Origin: a virus
DNA length: 64,000 nucleotides
Reading direction: 5' to 3' (one strand)
IMG/VR virus record: IMGVR_UViG_3300035660_000002
Location: 1-64,000 of that record
This document shows, one piece after another, positions 37,058 through 46,007 of the stretch (position 1 is the first letter of the stretch; each line of letters starts with the position of its first letter). The notes under the pieces were generated by a model. The model ran no database searches, had not been told where the DNA came from, and saw only the letters and a program-made list of their open reading frames with translations. Position numbers and translations under genes: made by a program.

Positions 37058-37582
37058 CTATTCCATCGGACCTTCACGATTGTAATCCCCCGCCCGGCCC
37101 TCTCTGCGGTTTGTAGCACTTATCTGAATGATCATATCTTTCTTGTGCTCGAGCCCTATCAGTATCTTTATCAGCGTGCTCTCTATTTTCAGAGCTTCCC
37201 TAAGCTCCTCCCTCTTTGTGGACATATCCTTAAGGAACGTCTTGTACTTCTCATGTGTCAGCACCATCGCCTTAACAGCTGGTTCAGTAGGAGGTTTGCT
37301 ATCCCCCTTGTGCTCAGTACGCACAATCATATCCAGCTCAGCATAAATGCTGTCCTGCTCCTCTTTCATGTCAGCTATCTTGTTCTGTATTCCTTTTACA
37401 CGATCGGTCGCCTCTACCGCAACCACACCAAACCACGACACTAGCCCTGGCTGTCTTACCATATCGGCCTGCAAGAGATCAACATTGATCCTGACAACCT
37501 CGCTCAGCTTTCCGGCCCACACATGCTCGTTTACTTTGATGTCTACCGCCGCATCTAGCTCTATCAAATCGCCTTTTGCCAT
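37058..37582 (-). CDS. uvsY: Recombination mediator, UvsY-like
   Basis: Helical; TEPAVKAMV..HEKY and LEHKKDMI pattern; lies next to SSB and RecA. Confidence 0.65.
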   Translation of the reverse strand: MAKGDLIELDAAVDIKVNEHVWAGKLSEVVRINVDLLQADMVRQPGLVSWFGVVAVEATDRVKGIQNKIADMKEEQDSIYAELDMIVRTEHKGDSKPPTEPAVKAMVLTHEKYKTFLKDMSTKREELREALKIESTLIKILIGLEHKKDMIIQISATNRREGRAGDYNREGPME

Positions 37583-37626
37583 TACCTGTCACCTCCCCCT
37601 CTCACTATACTAGGAGACAAAAAAAG

Positions 37627-38076
37627 TCAATTCGTCCAAACTTTCTTTATCCTTTTCCAAAAGGACAAAGGCTTTGCCAACGGCGGTTTCTCCGGCACGA
37701 GTCCTTTCGGTACTGCCATGCTGTCCTGTACGTCCTTCTTTATCTGCTTCTCCTCCTTGACCTCTTCGACATTCAAGGGTTGCCCAGTCGAAGCAGGAGA
37801 TAGCACCTTAGGAGTAAACGGGGCCGCTACGATATCTTTCTTCTTCGTGTCCTCATAGGACGGATCTCCCGGGAACGTACTGACCTCTCTAACTTTCTTT
37901 TTGGGCCTCGTTCCCTTCTCTACAAACCTCTTCTTCTTTACACAGTCCCCTCTATGCTTATGCAGGTTCACATGACAGTTCAGCTCGCCGCACATCTGCA
38001 GCTTGTCGTCATAGTTATCACACATGTCGCAGGTAATCCTGCCCATAGTTTCTTCCGCCATCGATCCGCCCTCCAT
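37627..38076 (-). CDS. Hypothetical protein with N-terminal Cys cluster
   Basis: CDMCDNY..CGELNC..C; Pro/Lys-rich tail. Confidence 0.55.
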   Translation of the reverse strand: MEGGSMAEETMGRITCDMCDNYDDKLQMCGELNCHVNLHKHRGDCVKKKRFVEKGTRPKKKVREVSTFPGDPSYEDTKKKDIVAAPFTPKVLSPASTGQPLNVEEVKEEKQIKKDVQDSMAVPKGLVPEKPPLAKPLSFWKRIKKVWTN

Positions 38077-38772
38077 TTATTTAATCAACCCTTGCATACT
38101 CAACCGAATCCTGTTTGTATAAAATCTTTTCCAGTATTCTCTATTATGATTTGCTCGAGTGTTGCACCAAGTACAAACCGTTGCCAAATTCGTAGGTTTA
38201 TTATTCTTTTTATCATAGTCGCTATGATGAACGTGCAGAACACGACCAATCACTGTAATATGTTCCATCTCTGCCATACCACAACCTAAACATGCGTAGT
38301 TGTCACGTTTCCGTATGCTGTCCTTTATATCACGGAATTCCACCGAGTAGGGTTCAAAGGATGATCCACCTCACCAATTTGGGTGTCTTTCTCCTCTATT
38401 GTATTTACTCTTACAGATCATGCATCTCCGTGCATGCTTATGCTTTGCACCTCCACAATCCGGGCAAATAGTACGCCCCTTCCAATTCCAGTGAGCCTCC
38501 CCGCTCCGTGCACGTTTCTTCGCAATCTCTGGATTGTCGCGTAGTGCTTTTTTTACAGATTTGCTAATCTTCCCCTTGTGGTCATTCGGTAGTATCTTTC
38601 CCTTCAATGCCTTCGAATTAGCTAATCCTATCTTTCTCTTATGCTCTTCTGAGAGAGGTTCCCGTTTTCTCCCAAGGTGCCCTAATCGGCATTTCTCCCG
38701 AAATGCTTTAGACCGTTTCTTCCCTTTCCAATCACTTGGCCCCGAAACAAATCTACCCAGTGCATCTCTCAC
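38077..38772 (-). pseudogene. NUMOD3-HNH homing endonuclease interrupted by an in-frame TGA
   Basis: ORFs 38371-38772 and 38077-38343 are in one frame: HPNW-TGA-GGSSFEPYSVEF..IRKRDNYACLGCG..HVHHSDYDK. Confidence 0.85.
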
Positions 38773-41054
38773 AGATTCTCCATCTCCCCCCAGGATTTAC
38801 CAAATTTAAAAGACACCTCCAGCGGACACTTTAACCACGAGAATAGCTCGTCCTTCGGCAACACATCCTTTATCACCATGTTAGTCAGCTCTATCAAATA
38901 TTCCAAAACCTTCCTGTCGTCATCCTGTTCAAACATCGCCATGTCATGCACGGTCAGTACAAACTTCACCGGCAGCTTCGCCTTCTTGATCAGTGCATGA
39001 AGCTTGCTCATCGTGAAGGAGACGCAGTCGTTGGCGCTGCCTTGATTCGGCGCATTGATCCCTTGCCTCAATATGCTTCCCGGGATCTTATCGTATGCTT
39101 TCGCCTGAGGGAACCGACGCACTCGTCCTGTAGGGTACACCACCTGATGTGTCCTGTATATCTCATCTATAACTCTCTTATGCCACAACAGCAACCCACC
39201 GTAGTTCTCAAAGTATACTTTCCTTATACGCTCTGCCTCTCGCAGTTCAATGTCTATTTCAAACTTGTCAAATAGGTACTGCTTCAGACCTTCCGCCTGC
39301 TGCCCGTAGACTTCTCCAAAGTTAACTCCCTTGGCAAGTTGCCTTTGATCCTCAGTTACTTCTGTTATCGGCGTTCCCGTTACAAGCGATGCTGTCTGCT
39401 TATGCACATCCTCCCCGTTTCTGAAAGCCATTAACATCTTAGCATCCGGTGCCATCGATGCGGCCGTTCTTAACTCGAGCTGGCTGAAGTCGAAGGAAGA
39501 AAGCATCTTCCCCTTGTCCGCTACAAACATCTTATGTATCTCTTTGTTACGAGGTATATTCTGCAGGTTTGGATCACTCGAGGAAAGTCTGCCCGCACGC
39601 GAGTTCGCCGGGTCAAACTGCGTTCTTATTCTGCCATCATAGTTCACCATCTTAGGAATCTTATCTATGTATGTTGACAGCAACTTGTTCTGCTTCCTGT
39701 ACTTAACTATGAGGCGCGCCCACTCCTTGCCCTGGTAAGCGTATGTGTTCAACGTCTCCTCATCTACCGAGTACCCTGTCTTTGTTTCCTTGACCGGCTT
39801 TTCCTTCATCGCTCCGAATAGCACTGCCTGCATCTGATCCGGTGACTCAAGATTTATGCCTCTGAATATCTTATATTTTTTAAGCAGTTCCTGCTGCGCC
39901 TCATCCCTTGCCTGCTCCACTTCTTTCTTTACCTTCTTCGCCTGTGCCTGATCTATCTTTATTCCTGTCAGCATCATCTCATTAAGCACCGGTATGACAG
40001 GCATGACTATTTTATTCAATACTTTCTTGAGTGGCGTGCTCATCTGCCCGTCAAATATCTCGCTCAACTTATAGGTAAAATATGAGTCTTCTCCGTTGTA
40101 ATACCCATTCTTTATAGGATCCTTATCCATCGTGAACTGGTATGGCCCAATGTACTCTGCCGCCAGCTCCTTCAGCCCCAGTTCCATCCTATCCTCATTC
40201 AGCAAGAACGCCTTGACCCTTGTATCCGTAAATTTCGCTACCTCAAATCCTCGCGAGTTCAGAAACTTGACATCGAACCAGCTCCTGTGGAAGATGTGCT
40301 CTATCCTGCTGTCTGCCAACACTTCTTTCACAAACCCCGCTGCCTGCTCTGTAAACACCGGATCGTTTGGCTTATCCAGCCATATCGAGTATGCCTTCTT
40401 TCCGTCACCGAACGCTATGTGGGTGATCCTGCCGTTCTTGTTGAATGGATCCAACGTGTTGTTGGTCTCTATATCTGTCGCCACCTGTGTCTTTCTCTTT
40501 ATCCATTCTCGCAGTTTGGTCAGTCCTTCTGTAGTTGTCACCACTATCAATTCCCGGTCATACTTCACGGGGTACAACGCATTATGAACCTTTCTTATCC
40601 CGGTTCTGAACTTCCCCTCATTGCCTGGCTCGTACAACAGTGCTGCCGGATGCAACACATGTGCCACGGGAATCTTCTGCCACATGTCCTCCTCTATGGC
40701 CGATCGCGCCACCGCCCCTGCGCACATGATCATCTTCGGCTGCAACTCCTGTATCAGCTGGAACAGAAATTGTCTTGAGCACGTCTCTATGTCTTTCTTC
40801 TTAGGAGTCTCATTCTTAGGAGGATGGCACAGGCACGTGTTCGTGATAGCCACCTTTGCCATGTCGAATCCTATGTCGCGCATTGTGTTACGTAGCACCT
40901 GCCCGGACTGGCCACAGAAAGGTATGCCTGCGCGCTCCTCCTCATCGCCGGGAGCTTCCCCTATAACAAGAAGGTCTGCGTTCTTGACCTTGATCGGCGG
41001 GACAAGAACGCAGTTGATATATCGACATGTGCTACACAGATGAGTCTTTTCCAT
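38769..41054 (-). CDS. polA: Family A DNA polymerase with N-terminal family-4 uracil-DNA glycosylase domain
   Basis: GEAPG, CLCHPP..C, HPAAL (UDG4); TDIET exonuclease; SSDPNLQNIP, DFSQLELR, AKGVNFG, VHD polymerase motifs. Confidence 0.94.
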   Translation of the reverse strand: MEKTHLCSTCRYINCVLVPPIKVKNADLLVIGEAPGDEEERAGIPFCGQSGQVLRNTMRDIGFDMAKVAITNTCLCHPPKNETPKKKDIETCSRQFLFQLIQELQPKMIMCAGAVARSAIEEDMWQKIPVAHVLHPAALLYEPGNEGKFRTGIRKVHNALYPVKYDRELIVVTTTEGLTKLREWIKRKTQVATDIETNNTLDPFNKNGRITHIAFGDGKKAYSIWLDKPNDPVFTEQAAGFVKEVLADSRIEHIFHRSWFDVKFLNSRGFEVAKFTDTRVKAFLLNEDRMELGLKELAAEYIGPYQFTMDKDPIKNGYYNGEDSYFTYKLSEIFDGQMSTPLKKVLNKIVMPVIPVLNEMMLTGIKIDQAQAKKVKKEVEQARDEAQQELLKKYKIFRGINLESPDQMQAVLFGAMKEKPVKETKTGYSVDEETLNTYAYQGKEWARLIVKYRKQNKLLSTYIDKIPKMVNYDGRIRTQFDPANSRAGRLSSSDPNLQNIPRNKEIHKMFVADKGKMLSSFDFSQLELRTAASMAPDAKMLMAFRNGEDVHKQTASLVTGTPITEVTEDQRQLAKGVNFGEVYGQQAEGLKQYLFDKFEIDIELREAERIRKVYFENYGGLLLWHKRVIDEIYRTHQVVYPTGRVRRFPQAKAYDKIPGSILRQGINAPNQGSANDCVSFTMSKLHALIKKAKLPVKFVLTVHDMAMFEQDDDRKVLEYLIELTNMVIKDVLPKDELFSWLKCPLEVSFKFGKSWGEMENL

Positions 41055-41058
41055 TATC

Positions 41059-41409
41059 TTATTTCTTCTCCTTCAGCTCCACTACAACTTTGCCGTCTTT
41101 AACGTAGACATTATCCAAGTAATGTACATCGATCTCGACTCTCTTAGGCGGTCGATATTCATTATTTTTATATTCCCTATTCACTATAGTAATTATAGGA
41201 TCTCCGCCCTCTGCCTCCCACACGTAGTCATAATCCACAGACGGAACTACGAGACTGCTGCTTGTCGTGTTGTCTGTAACCCAACTTGATGCCTCGCTCG
41301 CCTCTTTGCCAAAGTGCGGCGTCTTGTCCTGCTGTGTAACCTCCGCATATGCGAATGCCATCGCACAGCAAAGCACTGCCACAACTATAAAACCTACAAT
41401 GCCTTTCAT
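41059..41409 (-). CDS. Exported protein with signal peptide
   Basis: MKGIVGFIVVAVLCCAMAFAYA|E; start revised to ATG 41409. Confidence 0.6.
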   Translation of the reverse strand: MKGIVGFIVVAVLCCAMAFAYAEVTQQDKTPHFGKEASEASSWVTDNTTSSSLVVPSVDYDYVWEAEGGDPIITIVNREYKNNEYRPPKRVEIDVHYLDNVYVKDGKVVVELKEKK

Positions 41410-41440
41410 ACGCACCTCCCGTTGGTTTCCTTTTTCCTGT

Positions 41441-41827
41441 TCATCGCCATTCCCGGTCACGACCCAATATATGTGCAATTTCCGCTTGCACCTTCATGAT
41501 GTTCTTATCCACTTCCATGATCTCAGCTTTCTTTCCCCGGCACGCGTCAAACATGGTTTTCTTGGTGGATCCCTTCATCCTGATCTCGGCACACTTGTCC
41601 TTTATGGCCTTGGACATACCCCGTCTTTTGGCCAACAACTTCTCTATATCTTCCGTGATCTTCGATCGTTCTGCCCGCATGCCTTCAAGTTCTTTACGTA
41701 CGTCGTCTATCTGTGGGTTGCTGGCCAAAGCCCTATTCCACATGTCTGCTTTCTCAGACTTTAGCAGGTCGCGCTGCTTACGCAGAGCCTTCAACATATC
41801 TCGTTTCTCCCGAAGCGTTTTATACAT
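41441..41827 (-). CDS. Coiled-coil hypothetical protein
   Basis: K/E-rich helical ORF, start revised to ATG 41827. Confidence 0.55.
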   Translation of the reverse strand: MYKTLREKRDMLKALRKQRDLLKSEKADMWNRALASNPQIDDVRKELEGMRAERSKITEDIEKLLAKRRGMSKAIKDKCAEIRMKGSTKKTMFDACRGKKAEIMEVDKNIMKVQAEIAHILGRDREWR

Positions 41828-42186
41828 TACTTCACCACCTCTATCTTGTCGTACCAAAGATGCAACGGAAATGCAAAACCTTCCGTGTTCCCTATGACAT
41901 CATTACCTTTGATCCAAAACGCGCCATTCTCGAACACGATCTTGGCCTCACGTTCCTCATCGTAGAAATTTCCTTTAATCCTATCCCCCTCAAACACCTT
42001 CTGCCCTGCTATGTCCCTGTACCCACTGTACATCAGGAGGTCACACTCTTCCGGCCACTCGAACCTCTGGCATCCATCCTCTAAGACTGTAACTACGACC
42101 GCATGAGCATTAGACACAAAGCTCAAGGTGCCTACCTCATGTATCTTGCCCTCTTTATCTTTGACCCGAAATGCTAGCTCCTTCAT
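41827..42186 (-). CDS. YopX family protein
   Basis: LAFRVKD, LLMYSGYRDIAGQKVFEGDRI, IVFENGAF. Confidence 0.85.
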   Translation of the reverse strand: MKELAFRVKDKEGKIHEVGTLSFVSNAHAVVVTVLEDGCQRFEWPEECDLLMYSGYRDIAGQKVFEGDRIKGNFYDEEREAKIVFENGAFWIKGNDVIGNTEGFAFPLHLWYDKIEVVK

Positions 42187-42577
42187 CGGTTTTGTCCTCC
42201 TTAAAGCCAAACAACCTATCAACATCGATGCCTTCATGCCGAAGAATCTCCATTGCCACATACGCTTGTGCCCCCGAGTAATTTGTAACTTGCTGCACTG
42301 CATTGATCCGCTGCCTGTCTATATTCTCAAGCTTTCCGCGCCGGACATTTTTTATGAATAATCTTTTATTTGTCTGTGGTATAAACCCATCAAGCAGAAG
42401 ATAATATCTTCCACGTAACGTCCAAAGATATTTTGAGAACTCGGCCATGATCGGAAGCAGACTATCCTCCATCGCAAGGCACCTGTTGATCTGGTACACA
42501 TCCCTGTCGTAGCTTTCCGGGTCCCGGACGGGCGCCTTCTTGCTGGATAGGTTCGCTATGTCATCAAACATGCTCAT
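42155..42577 (-). CDS. gp62: Clamp loader small subunit, T4 gp62-like
   Basis: MFDDIANLS..YQINRCLAM pattern; lies just downstream of the gp44 homologue. Confidence 0.65.
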   Translation of the reverse strand: MSMFDDIANLSSKKAPVRDPESYDRDVYQINRCLAMEDSLLPIMAEFSKYLWTLRGRYYLLLDGFIPQTNKRLFIKNVRRGKLENIDRQRINAVQQVTNYSGAQAYVAMEILRHEGIDVDRLFGFKEDKTDEGASISGQR

Positions 42578-42755
42578 GATTGTTCTTCTCCCGGCGTCTT
42601 ATGCACTCCATGTGAAGACACGAATACACCTGCTTCTTCTCTACAAAGCAGTACACTTTTCCACCCTGCTCTTTGTCCGCAATTCGATATGAACAATGTT
42701 TTTTACAACCATCGCATGTTTCCATCATTTTCATCTGACGTTGACACCACATCAT
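42564..42755 (-). CDS. Small Cys-rich hypothetical protein
   Basis: CDGCKKHC..YC..C..C. Confidence 0.45.
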   Translation of the reverse strand: MMWCQRQMKMMETCDGCKKHCSYRIADKEQGGKVYCFVEKKQVYSCLHMECIRRREKNNHEHV

Positions 42756-42805
42756 TATTTCTTACTCCGTATTCTGACGAGCATAAAAAGTATTTCTTGC
42801 AACAG

Positions 42806-43714
42806 TTACATATTTTCTTTGGCACTTTGCATCATCTCCAAACAGCACGCCATGAAATTTATCTCATGGTCTGCCACATAAGAATCCCGCGCCATGTATT
42901 CAGCAATTCGTAATCGCTTCTCTGTCTGCTTTATATTGTCTTGCTCTATCTCGCCAATGTTATCAAAGAGATATCGAAAAACCTGAATGTGGTCCAACCT
43001 GTATGCTATCTCGCGCAACCCGTTCATGTTCTTTTCCTTGATGAGCTTCATTACCAGAATGTTCTCGTTCAGGTCCTCACGGATCTCTTTCAGCACCTTC
43101 CCTGTGGTCGAGAGTTGCATGGCATTGATCATGGCGCGCATATCTGGATAATAGGCGTCTACAAGCCCTAGGACGGTGTCTGTGTCGTGTTTCACCTTCT
43201 CCTGCCCAAGGATGCCCTGCAGCTGCTTAAAACATGCCTTTCTGGGCACCTCCTTGAACTCTATGAACTGGCACCGGCTGCGGATCGGTTCGATAATTTT
43301 GTTCAGATAGTTACATGTAAGAATGCAACGACCTCGACCTGCACATTCTTCCATCACATTTCGCATTGCCTGTTGAGCTTCCGGAGTGAGTCCATCCGCC
43401 TCCTCACACAGTATAATACGCCACTTGTGTGATCCACGTATAGCCATAAAATTAGTAAACTTGTTACGCACAACATCGATGCCCCGATCACTACTTGAAT
43501 TCATAATCATCGTATCAGCATTCAGCGTATGCAACAGTATTTTTGCAATCGTAGTTTTACCTGTGCCGGGCTTTCCGCTAAACAAAAGATTAGGAATATC
43601 CCCATTCCTAATGTACTCTTCAAACGTATTACGTATTCCCGGATCAAGCACTACGTCCTCTAACTTCTTAGGTCTATATTTTTCTACCCATAAACTGTCG
43701 AACACGTTTGCCAT
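42806..43714 (-). CDS. gp44: Clamp loader ATPase (RFC/T4 gp44-like)
   Basis: LWVEKYRP, GKPGTGKTT, NSSSDRGID, EEADGL..AQQAMR, IRSRC; start revised to ATG 43714 with GGAGG RBS. Confidence 0.93.
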   Translation of the reverse strand: MANVFDSLWVEKYRPKKLEDVVLDPGIRNTFEEYIRNGDIPNLLFSGKPGTGKTTIAKILLHTLNADTMIMNSSSDRGIDVVRNKFTNFMAIRGSHKWRIILCEEADGLTPEAQQAMRNVMEECAGRGRCILTCNYLNKIIEPIRSRCQFIEFKEVPRKACFKQLQGILGQEKVKHDTDTVLGLVDAYYPDMRAMINAMQLSTTGKVLKEIREDLNENILVMKLIKEKNMNGLREIAYRLDHIQVFRYLFDNIGEIEQDNIKQTEKRLRIAEYMARDSYVADHEINFMACCLEMMQSAKENM

Positions 43715-44618
43715 TAGTATCCTCCTCCACACGTTCTTGCCAAAACTTTTTCCAAAATTTTCTGTTATGCGCCATCTTGCCATGACATACTCTGCACAAA
43801 GATACTAAATTCTTCTCATCTATATGTTTTTTAATGTAATCCACATGATGCACTGATAGTTTTTCCCCAGCTTCTACCTCGGGCACGCCACACAATCTAC
43901 ACTTATATCCGTCCCTGTATCTTATCTGCTCTTTATGTGTCTTCGTCCATCCTAACGGATATGGCACAAATGATATACCGCCGTGCCAATTTCCATTCCT
44001 ATCTCCTCTTATATTTCTGCCAAGGTATTTGTGCAAAGGACAAAACTTATACCTATAGTCCTTAAGGGTTATTCCACAAAACAAACATTTACTGCCTTTT
44101 GCAACCCTACCATCAATGTAACTTCCACAATCCTTCCCATGTGAAATATGCTTCCTACGATCTATGCCCTTTGTTTCATCACTATATTTTTGTCTTAATG
44201 TTATTCCCTCAATACTGCTCCAAAATATAGTTGCTGATTCCTTTTTAGACCTTATCAAAATTTTGTATCTTAAGAGAGCCCGATAAATACTTGCTTCTGC
44301 CCTTCCAAACTCTTTTCCTATGCTATGTATGCTTCTACCTTTGCGCACATACTCTTGCATCAGCATTTCTTTATTCAGCACCTTGGCATATTTGCCTTTT
44401 ACAAAGGCCCACTCTCCGTTACAAGTCTCACATCTTGTAGCATGCCATTGTATTCGCTTACCACAATCAACACAACGATTGATCTTAAGCGTTCTTCCAT
44501 CAATGTATCGTGAGTTGTTCTTACCCTTCTGGGCACAAGATTTACATCGGACAGCCCCGGTTGCCTTAGAGTTCTTTCCCAGAGGCTTCCCGCAATCTTT
44601 ACATTTACCTCTGCCCAT
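43674..44618 (-). CDS. HNH homing endonuclease (Zn-finger repeats)
   Basis: CxxC repeats; IRYRDGYKCRLCG..LSVHHVDY..NLVSLCRVCH..NRKFW. Confidence 0.88.
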   Translation of the reverse strand: MGRGKCKDCGKPLGKNSKATGAVRCKSCAQKGKNNSRYIDGRTLKINRCVDCGKRIQWHATRCETCNGEWAFVKGKYAKVLNKEMLMQEYVRKGRSIHSIGKEFGRAEASIYRALLRYKILIRSKKESATIFWSSIEGITLRQKYSDETKGIDRRKHISHGKDCGSYIDGRVAKGSKCLFCGITLKDYRYKFCPLHKYLGRNIRGDRNGNWHGGISFVPYPLGWTKTHKEQIRYRDGYKCRLCGVPEVEAGEKLSVHHVDYIKKHIDEKNLVSLCRVCHGKMAHNRKFWKKFWQERVEEDTNGKRVRQFMGRKI

Positions 44619-44655
44619 AGATTTCCTCCATTACTGCTATCTGTGCCCAACCTCT

Positions 44656-44931
44656 TTAACGAATAGTCGGCCTCGTAGGCGCCGCCATGTTCTTAGGAGC
44701 AGTCCTTGCCCCGCCTGGGCCGCTTGTCTTCTTTTTCTTCGCAGGTTCGAGAGACACGAGTTGCTGCTCATCGATAGTGTCCTCTACCGTTTTGCCCTCA
44801 GATGTTCTTTTCCGTGACTGAACGACGTACCGAATACATCCATTGAGCCACTTTGTCTTCGCAACAATAACACCTTGAAACCCAGTTATTGTGTCCTTAA
44901 CCTTCTCTCCGACTTCAAACTTAAACTCCAT
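44656..44931 (-). CDS. Conserved phage hypothetical protein (SH3-like)
   Basis: FEVGEKVKDTITGFQGVIV..WLNGCIRY. Confidence 0.7.
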   Translation of the reverse strand: MEFKFEVGEKVKDTITGFQGVIVAKTKWLNGCIRYVVQSRKRTSEGKTVEDTIDEQQLVSLEPAKKKKTSGPGGARTAPKNMAAPTRPTIR

Positions 44932-44932
44932 A

Positions 44933-45103
44933 TCACCCTCCTCTTTGTTTACGACGCCTAATCACAATTTTCTTTATGATATGTTCCCCACTGTTCGCAT
45001 AACGGTATTCAATCTCACGTAGTGCTCCCACAAGAGTATCCCATTGTATCCAATCACCCTTCATTCCATTCATGTATGTAATCCGGTATTCAAACTTATT
45101 CAT
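44933..45103 (-). CDS. Small hypothetical protein (56 aa)
   Basis: Own translation MNKFEYRITYMNG...; AAGG RBS. Confidence 0.45.
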   Translation of the reverse strand: MNKFEYRITYMNGMKGDWIQWDTLVGALREIEYRYANSGEHIIKKIVIRRRKQRGG

Positions 45104-45120
45104 TGTTCCTTTTCGGCCGC

Positions 45121-45197
45121 CGGGGTTGCAGGGATTCGAACCCTAACTCTTGCCTGCCTAGGTACAAGCATCGTGCTACCAACTACACCACAACCCC
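45121..45197 (-). ncRNA. tRNA-like element B with non-canonical anticodon arm
   Basis: Acceptor GGGGTTG/CAACCCC, D arm GTGT-AGTTGGTA-GCAC, T arm TAGGG-TTCGAAT-CCCTG; anticodon arm TGCTTG-TACCTAGG-CAGGCA; no CCA. Confidence 0.75.
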
Positions 45198-45209
45198 CGG
45201 TCGTTCTGA

Positions 45210-45295
45210 CAGGGTGGGCAGGATTTGAACCTGCATTCTGTGGTTTCTGTTTTTCTGTGCACAGCCGCAGCGTCAACCATTTGCGCCACCACCCT
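45210..45295 (-). ncRNA. tRNA-like element A with expanded anticodon loop
   Basis: Acceptor AGGGTGG/CCACCCT, D loop AAATGGTTG, T arm GCAGG-TTCAAAT-CCTGC; about 21-nt loop CTGTGCACAGAAAAACAGAAA between GCGG and CCAC. Confidence 0.72.
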
Positions 45296-45302
45296 AAAGT
45301 AT

Positions 45303-46007
45303 TTATTCCTGTCTCCACAATACGAATGTCAGATCCTTTTCCCTAATTACTACCGGCGCCCCGTCCCCCCGCAGCTCGATAGTAACCACATCGACTGCTT
45401 CCTTGCCTTTACCCTCACGCACTCCCTCGCATGCGGTGAATATCGCCTGCAACTCTTTCTTAGGCAACTTTATCTTTTCCGGCGCCTGTGCTGTCTTATC
45501 AATGAGCTTGGCGCGGTACTTATTCTCGTTCTCCCCGCCTACTCCGAAAGTGTTGCCCTCGAAGAATGCCACGGTCGCGTCCTTAAGCACCGACATGCCC
45601 TTCAGTATCTCTTTGACGACTTCGGCCGACATCTGGATCACGACCGGCTTCCCTGCCTTCTTCATCTTGTCCAGGATGTGCTCACCCTTTTCCGGCCTGT
45701 ATGCCGTGAATATCACGCTCGGATCCGCTGCCATGTATTCAAAGGACTGGTTGCCTGCCTTGACCGTCAGCACACCATCCTTTGCGTAAGATATCTTCGG
45801 CTCGTCCGCAAACCCAAGTATATCAAGAAGCATGCCCAGATTGAATATGCCTATCTCCTCTTTGAACACTTCGTCCTTCTCGCCGTCATACGACACAAGC
45901 AGCGTTTTGTTCGCGTCCTGCACTTCAAACTCGCCTTTCTTCCCCAGCTTGATCATCATGACCAAGCCGCCAAGGTTCGCCTTGCTAAGAACGTTTTTTA
46001 ACATCAC
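45303..46007 (-). CDS. gp45: Sliding clamp, T4 gp45-like
   Basis: IGIFNLGMLLDIL..ISYAKDG..AADPSVI matches gp45 VAIYDLNGFLGIL..AADPSTV as recalled. Confidence 0.85.
   Translation of the reverse strand: MMLKNVLSKANLGGLVMMIKLGKKGEFEVQDANKTLLVSYDGEKDEVFKEEIGIFNLGMLLDILGFADEPKISYAKDGVLTVKAGNQSFEYMAADPSVIFTAYRPEKGEHILDKMKKAGKPVVIQMSAEVVKEILKGMSVLKDATVAFFEGNTFGVGGENENKYRAKLIDKTAQAPEKIKLPKKELQAIFTACEGVREGKGKEAVDVVTIELRGDGAPVVIREKDLTFVLWRQE

Noticed and set aside
38371-38373. Stop-codon reassignment (TGA or TAG recoded)
   Set aside because: Only one in-frame stop in a dispensable HEG; TGA, TAG and TAA all terminate conserved genes at expected positions, often in ATGA overlaps
45141-45170. Element B as the readthrough tRNA for the split gene at 4175
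   Set aside because: That stop context is TAGA, not TAGG, and the downstream half is about 800 nt away with its own start
45121-45295. Calling these standard tRNA-His, Thr or amber-suppressor tRNAs
   Set aside because: Neither has a 7-nt loop on a 5-bp stem with U33; identity elements do not match; reported as tRNA-like instead
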